Program-made: the position numbers and the translations under genes
In this document: one piece after another, positions 16,391 to 20,836 of the stretch
Layout: every line of letters starts with the position of its first letter
How positions within the stretch are numbered: the first letter of the stretch is position 1
Notes under the pieces: generated by a model
Database searches by the model: none
Seen by the model: only the letters and a program-made list of their open reading frames with translations
Told to the model about the DNA's origin: nothing
DNA from: Candidatus Margulisiibacteriota bacterium
GTDB lineage: Bacteria; Margulisbacteria; WOR-1; O2-12-FULL-45-9
NCBI GenBank assembly: GCA_043816785.1
Contig: JBDRHP010000057.1
Location: 1 to 20,836 of the forward strand
Direction: 5' to 3'
DNA: 20,836 bases

Positions 16391-18028
16391 ATGCCAAGAA
16401 GAAATGATCTAAAAAGCATCTTAATAATCGGGGCAGGGCCGATCGTGATCGGCCAGGCTTGCGAGTTTGACTATTCCGGGGTGCAGGCTTGTAAAGCGCT
16501 CAAAGCAGATGGATATAAAGTAATTTTAGTCAACAGCAACCCAGCTACTATCATGACTGACCCTGAGGTGGCGGACCGAACCTATATTGAACCTATTGAT
16601 CCCTTCTTTGTGGAAAAAATAATTGAAAAAGAAAAACCGGATGCAGTATTGCCGACCCTGGGAGGGCAGACTGCTTTAAATTGCGCGGTTAAGTTGTGGG
16701 AGCAAGGAGTATTTCAAAAACATAATGTTGAAATGATCGGCGCCAATGCGGATGTTATTAATAAGGCCGAAAATCGTGAGCTTTTTAAAGAAGCGATGCA
16801 GAAGATTGGCCTTGATTTGCCCAAGAGCGGGGAGGCCCATACATATAAAGAGGCGGTCGCGGTGGTAGAAAAGATCGGATTCCCGGTCATCATCCGCCCT
16901 GGATTTACTCTGGGCGGCAGTGGCGGCGGGGTGGCGTATAACATGGATGAGTTTAAGAAAATCGCTAACCGTGGCTTGGACGCCAGCCCAATTTCAGAAA
17001 TCCTGATCGAGGAATCAGTGCTGGGCTGGAAAGAGTATGAGATGGAGGTTATGCGTGACCTCAATGATAACGTGGTCATTATCTGCTCAATCGAGAACTT
17101 TGATGCCATGGGCATCCATACCGGCGATTCAATCACAGTTGCGCCGGCGCAGACTTTGACTGACAAGGAGTATCAAAAGATGCGGGATGCTTCAATTGCC
17201 GTCATTCGGGAAATTGGAGTTGAGACAGGGGGCTCCAACATTCAATTTGCGATTAATCCTGATAATGGCAGGATGATTGTTATTGAAATGAACCCGCGTG
17301 TGTCGCGTTCCTCAGCCTTAGCTTCCAAAGCCACCGGCTTTCCCATTGCCAAGATGGCGGCCAAGTTAGCAGTCGGTTATACTCTGGATGAAATACCCAA
17401 TGATATTACAAAAAAAACACCGGCTTGTTTTGAGCCAACGATCGATTATTGTGTGGTCAAGATACCGCGCTTTACTTTTGAAAAATTCCGCGGAGCAGAT
17501 GCTGTCCTGACCACGGCAATGAAGTCAGTAGGCGAGGTAATGGCCATTGGCCGCACTTTTAAAGAATCTTTGCAAAAAGGTTTACGGTCGCTTGAGATCA
17601 AGGTTTACGGGTTGGAAGATACCAAGAATTCGGAAATATTGAAAAATCTCGAGCATGCTTTAAAGTTTCCTGGTGCGGAACGAATTTTTGCGGTTAAATA
17701 CGCGCTGCAGATCGGGATGTCTTTGGACGAGATCTATGCCATGACTGGCATTGACCGCTGGTTTTTAAGCAACATGAAGGAACTGGTAGATTTTGAGAAA
17801 AAGCTTAAAGCATATCTTAATAAAAAGAGCATTCCTGTTGATCTTTTACGTGAAGCCAAGGCTCTGGGTTTTTCTGACCGGCAGTTGGCTGGTTTTTGGG
17901 GGATGACCGAAAACCAGGTTTTTAAATTGCGCCACAAGCACAAAGTTATGCCGGAATTCCAGCAGGTCGACACCTGCGCGGCAGAGTTTGAGGCGTACAC
18001 CCCTTATTTTTATTCAACTTACTCCTAA
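16391..18028 (+). CDS. carB: Carbamoyl-phosphate synthase large subunit, N-terminal half only (545 aa)
   Basis: [63 protein letters not shown]. Ends [20 protein letters not shown]; no C-terminal half follows. Confidence 0.92.
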   Translation: MPRRNDLKSILIIGAGPIVIGQACEFDYSGVQACKALKADGYKVILVNSNPATIMTDPEVADRTYIEPIDPFFVEKIIEKEKPDAVLPTLGGQTALNCAVKLWEQGVFQKHNVEMIGANADVINKAENRELFKEAMQKIGLDLPKSGEAHTYKEAVAVVEKIGFPVIIRPGFTLGGSGGGVAYNMDEFKKIANRGLDASPISEILIEESVLGWKEYEMEVMRDLNDNVVIICSIENFDAMGIHTGDSITVAPAQTLTDKEYQKMRDASIAVIREIGVETGGSNIQFAINPDNGRMIVIEMNPRVSRSSALASKATGFPIAKMAAKLAVGYTLDEIPNDITKKTPACFEPTIDYCVVKIPRFTFEKFRGADAVLTTAMKSVGEVMAIGRTFKESLQKGLRSLEIKVYGLEDTKNSEILKNLEHALKFPGAERIFAVKYALQIGMSLDEIYAMTGIDRWFLSNMKELVDFEKKLKAYLNKKSIPVDLLREAKALGFSDRQLAGFWGMTENQVFKLRHKHKVMPEFQQVDTCAAEFEAYTPYFYSTYS

Positions 18029-18035
18029 TTATTGC

Positions 18036-18064
18036 TTGACATTGTTTTGTCAATCCTCCATGCT
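18036..18064 (+). promoter_or_regulatory. Possible promoter/operator: TTGACA-N6-TGTCAA inverted repeat upstream of the PAS gene
   Basis: TTGACA (18036-18041), inverted TGTCAA (18048-18053) and a weak -10 CATGCT at 17-nt spacing. Confidence 0.4.
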
Positions 18065-18095
18065 TTTTTAGGCGATTCATTAAAGAGGTGTGAAA

Positions 18096-18659
18096 ATGGT
18101 TGAAATACCTGATCAGGAATATCAAAAACTGCTGGATGCTGTTGAATATGCCAATAGTATCATAAATACTATACATGAGCCTTTGATTGTCTTGGACGGC
18201 GACCTAAAAGTTGTATCCGCTAGCCCTGCTTTTTATAGTACCTTCAAAGTCAAACCCGAGCAGACTGAGGGAGTATTTATTTATGAGCTGGGCAACCACC
18301 AATGGAATATCCCGAAGCTGCGTCTTTTGCTTGAAGAGATCATTCCGAGAAACACAAGTTTTAATGACTTTATAGTTGAGCATGATTTTCCCGGGCTTGG
18401 CAAACGGGTCATGCAGCTAAACGCCCGCCGGGTCCCCCGGCCGCCGGCAAAACCGCGCATCATCCTCCTGGCGATCGAGGATATCACCGAGCGCAGCCAG
18501 ATTGGCGAGCGCAAAATTGCAAAAGAAAAGTTAGAAGCGCGGGTTGTTGATGCCGAGGAAATGAGCGGCTTGGCAGTGGGCCGCGAGTTAAAAATGATCG
18601 AGCTGGAAAAAGAGATCAACCGCCTGCTTAATGAGCTTAATCGTCCGCCTAAATATTGA
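18096..18659 (+). CDS. Stand-alone PAS-domain protein with a C-terminal coiled coil
   Basis: EPLIVLDGDLKVVSA...FY.TF, YELGNHQWNIPKLR.LLEEIIP, EHDFP.LG.R.M.LNARR, ILLAIEDIT, then GRELKMIELEKEIN. GAGGTG SD before ATG 18096. Confidence 0.8.
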   Translation: MVEIPDQEYQKLLDAVEYANSIINTIHEPLIVLDGDLKVVSASPAFYSTFKVKPEQTEGVFIYELGNHQWNIPKLRLLLEEIIPRNTSFNDFIVEHDFPGLGKRVMQLNARRVPRPPAKPRIILLAIEDITERSQIGERKIAKEKLEARVVDAEEMSGLAVGRELKMIELEKEINRLLNELNRPPKY

Positions 18660-18729
18660 GGGTAATGACTGGCGGATCAGTTATCATTAACCGGCTTGCT
18701 TTTTCCCATAATGCCGCTAGAATAAAGCC

Positions 18730-18984
18730 ATGGATCATGTTTTTACGATAGGGACAATAGCAGCTTGTTTGACAACCGCGGCGTTTGTTCCGCAAGTTAT
18801 TAAAGCCCATACGAGCAAAGAGACCAAGGATATTTCGCTTGCCATGTGTGTTTTGCTGGCGAGCGGTGTCATGCTCTGGGCTATTTATGGTTTTTTCCTG
18901 CATTCCCTGCCAATAATTGGGGCTAATACAACAACATTAGCATTAGCTTTGTATTTGATATATTTGAAGAAGAAGTACGGCTAG
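18730..18984 (+). CDS. SemiSWEET / PQ-loop sugar transporter
   Basis: 84 aa with three hydrophobic segments; G.IAA.LTT.AF.PQ..K, TKDIS, LW..YG, PII.AN motifs. Confidence 0.9.
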   Translation: MDHVFTIGTIAACLTTAAFVPQVIKAHTSKETKDISLAMCVLLASGVMLWAIYGFFLHSLPIIGANTTTLALALYLIYLKKKYG

Positions 18985-18990
18985 AATTTA

Positions 18991-19018
18991 CCCCTAATTC
19001 CTAACCCCTAACCCCCAA
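18991..19018 (+). repeat. Heptamer tandem repeat (CCCCTAA-like x4)
   Basis: CCCCTAA TTCCTAA CCCCTAA CCCCCAA. Confidence 0.7.
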
Positions 19019-19084
19019 TTTCTGTTATAATTAGGTATATATGGCAAAGGAAAAGTTTACCCCAGGGCAAGATAAGGAGTTAAT

Positions 19085-19303
19085 ATGAACGCTTTAAGAC
19101 CTAAGGTTTCACTGAAATGCGAGTGTGGTACAACAGTTTTTAAAGGAAGTGTTTTTTGCCCGCACTGTAGGGCGGAGATCAATCGGAAAAACGCCAAGGT
19201 GATCAGGAAAGATGAGCGTAACCACCAGAAAATGATGCGCAGCCAGGGTAGGAAGAGTAGGAAGAAGAAGATTAATAATAAGAAGAGAAAGAAGAAAAGA
19301 TAA
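19085..19303 (+). CDS. Small basic zinc-ribbon protein, function unknown
   Basis: CECG...CPHC motif, Lys/Arg-rich tail and AAGGAG SD. Confidence 0.65.
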   Translation: MNALRPKVSLKCECGTTVFKGSVFCPHCRAEINRKNAKVIRKDERNHQKMMRSQGRKSRKKKINNKKRKKKR

Positions 19304-19306
19304 TAA

Positions 19307-19320
19307 TCCCTAACCCCTAA
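19307..19320 (+). repeat. Heptamer repeat (TCCCTAA CCCCTAA)
   Basis: Same unit as 18991-19018, on the other side of the Zn-ribbon gene. Confidence 0.55.
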
Positions 19321-19332
19321 CATCCCCAGTGC

Positions 19333-19446
19333 TCACCGCCTGCCTGTATTTAAATTGTCATGATGAAACTTGGGCCAATCAGTACTAGCCAGCCCTGGAC
19401 TGGGTGAATCAAAGGAAAAGAGCCCATTATACGTAATTTGGGTCAT
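19333..19446 (-). pseudogene. C-terminal remnant of a PQQ-type beta-propeller protein
   Basis: Manual translation: MTQITYNGLFSFDSPSPGLASTDWPKFHHDNLNTGRR*. The WPxFxHDxxNTG motif is typical of these proteins, and there is an in-frame stop shortly upstream. Confidence 0.55.
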
Positions 19447-19538
19447 TTTCCCACTGCCATCTTTTTCTGTGCTTCACTTCCGCGCTGCCCTTATCCTGTG
19501 TGGAATGTCGAGTGTCTTCCTGCTAAAATATCAATAAT

Positions 19539-20063
19539 ATGGATAAGATCGAAAAGATATTTGTCTTGATGTTTTCGCCTGAGAAAATTGTCCATTATTC
19601 GGCCAAAGCAATTGGGATCATCCTCTCCCTGGCCGTTATCTACATATTTTATAAACTTGTGCAGTTCGGTATTGAGCGGGCAGTAAGAACCCGCTTGCAT
19701 GACGGTCGTTTCTCCATGGTGGCTTCATTGGTTAAAAGCGCCCTGCGTTATGTTGTCTTTTTTATTATGCTGATAACTGTTCTGCAGCAGCTGGGGCTAA
19801 ATATTACCGCTCTCCTGGCCAGCGCCGGAATATTGGGCTTGGCGATCAGTTTTGGGGCGCAAAACCTGGTAAGGGATATTATTTCGGGGATATTTATTAT
19901 CTTTGAAAACCAGTTCAATGTTGGGGACGAAATCCAAATCTCCGGCTTCAAAGGTAAGGTCGAAACAATGAGCCTTAGATTGACTGTTGTCAAAGGTGAT
20001 GACGGCACCACCTATACCATTCCTAACGGAAGCATCACCATGGTCCAGAACTTCAGCCGCTAA
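19539..20063 (+). CDS. Small-conductance mechanosensitive channel (MscS family), short form
   Basis: TM helices, ALLASAGILGLAISFGAQNLVRDIISG.FI.FENQF.VGD, G.VE...LR.T, IPNG. Lacks the C-terminal alpha/beta domain. Confidence 0.88.
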   Translation: MDKIEKIFVLMFSPEKIVHYSAKAIGIILSLAVIYIFYKLVQFGIERAVRTRLHDGRFSMVASLVKSALRYVVFFIMLITVLQQLGLNITALLASAGILGLAISFGAQNLVRDIISGIFIIFENQFNVGDEIQISGFKGKVETMSLRLTVVKGDDGTTYTIPNGSITMVQNFSR

Positions 20064-20143
20064 GTTGTTGGCGAAGGCCTTCGTTGCTGTCATAGCCTTC
20101 ATCCCTCTTGTGTTTAGAAAAAAATGAGCGTAAAATTCCCCCT

Positions 20144-20389
20144 ATGAACATATTACAGATGGTTTCGATTGGTATCGAGCTCGTTGCTGCGGTTCTTGGG
20201 GTGCTGCTCGCGGTAGGGAAGAAGAAGCCCTGGGGCTGGTGTATTGCTTTATGTTTTGCGATCTATGTTTATTATGATCTGGCGAGGTTATTCAACTTTG
20301 CAGTAAGCCAGGACCTGCTGCGCAGCCTCTTTTTCCTAGCCTCAATATCTATTCTTTGGGCGATCTGGCAGGTTTATAAAGAAGCTTAA
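20144..20389 (+). CDS. Small 3-TM membrane protein, function unknown
   Basis: Three hydrophobic segments. ATG 20144 lies 7 nt after TAAAAT, suggesting a leaderless transcript. Confidence 0.65.
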   Translation: MNILQMVSIGIELVAAVLGVLLAVGKKKPWGWCIALCFAIYVYYDLARLFNFAVSQDLLRSLFFLASISILWAIWQVYKEA

Positions 20390-20836
20390 GCTTGTTTAGC
20401 GTGATCCAGCGCATCAAGCTCAGAGATCAACGCCTCCAGTTCTTTAAAACCCGCGTCAATAGCCGCTTGATGCTGAACAGCTTTTTCTTGTAACTGAGGT
20501 ATCTCATGGCCTTTGCCCTGGCTCGGGGCCGCTGCCATCTTCAATTGTACCGCTGCCAGTGCTACTTCTTCGTCAGCGATCATTTTTTCGATCTGTTTGG
20601 CCTTGTTGACCACTAGCTGGTGCTGTTTTTGGTTTTCCTTCTGCGCGTTGGTAACCTTGACCTTCTTTGGTTTTTTAGCTTCTTCTGCCCAGCCCACCTG
20701 GTCTAAAAAGTCCTGGTAAGTCCCTTCAAAAACAAAGACCCGGTCCTGGTCAAAGACGATCAGTTTTTTTGCTAAATGATGCAAAAACATTTCGCTGTGG
20801 GTAACGATCATGACTGTGCCGGGAAAAACATCGAGC
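20386..20836 (-). CDS. ABC-F family ATPase, C-terminal part (runs off the window end)
   Basis: FPGTVMIVTHSEMFL (H-loop), F.GTYQDFL and a C-terminal coiled coil. Confidence 0.85.
   Translation of the reverse strand, partial: LDVFPGTVMIVTHSEMFLHHLAKKLIVFDQDRVFVFEGTYQDFLDQVGWAEEAKKPKKVKVTNAQKENQKQHQLVVNKAKQIEKMIADEEVALAAVQLKMAAAPSQGKGHEIPQLQEKAVQHQAAIDAGFKELEALISELDALDHAKQA

Noticed and set aside
18991..19020. Telomeric repeat or eukaryotic contamination
   Set aside because: Only four degenerate heptamers within continuous bacterial gene context.
19506..19513. Additional GTCGAG motif upstream of mscS
   Set aside because: Only a 6-7-nt match, upstream of the predicted -10 box; compatible with chance.
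1011..20719. Numerous 60-170 aa ORFs antisense to or overlapping the called genes
   Set aside because: No recognisable motifs; they overlap well-supported CDSs.

Overview
Bacterial nitrogen-assimilation cluster. A partial NADP-GDH gene (gdhA, - strand) is divergent from nrpR. These are followed by an 852-aa KaiC-like/PPDK_N 'PEP/pyruvate-binding' protein, a NifA-like GAF-AAA+ sigma54 activator, amtB-glnK, glnA, gltB-gltD, carA, a DUF559 endonuclease cassette and an N-terminal-half carB. The right end holds small accessory genes (PAS protein, SemiSWEET, Zn-ribbon protein, short MscS, membrane protein) and the 3' end of an ABC-F gene. The regulatory sites are unusually readable: a palindromic operator inside overlapping gdhA/nrpR sigma70 promoters, two near-identical sigma54 promoters and TACA-N4-TGTA boxes. 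The most striking unexplained feature is a hairpin just after the glnA stop (8926-8966). Its loop region is complementary to the SD/leader regions of the PPDK-like gene (17/17 nt), gdhA (12 nt + 2 GU), glnA (two sites) and gltB (two sites), making it a candidate glnA 3'-UTR riboregulator of the GS/GOGAT vs GDH switch. Also notable are three different REP-like palindromes read in frame inside gltB, and a DUF559 gene flanked by 72-73-nt structured repeats with variable 26-27-nt inserts. All calls are by eye, without database searches.
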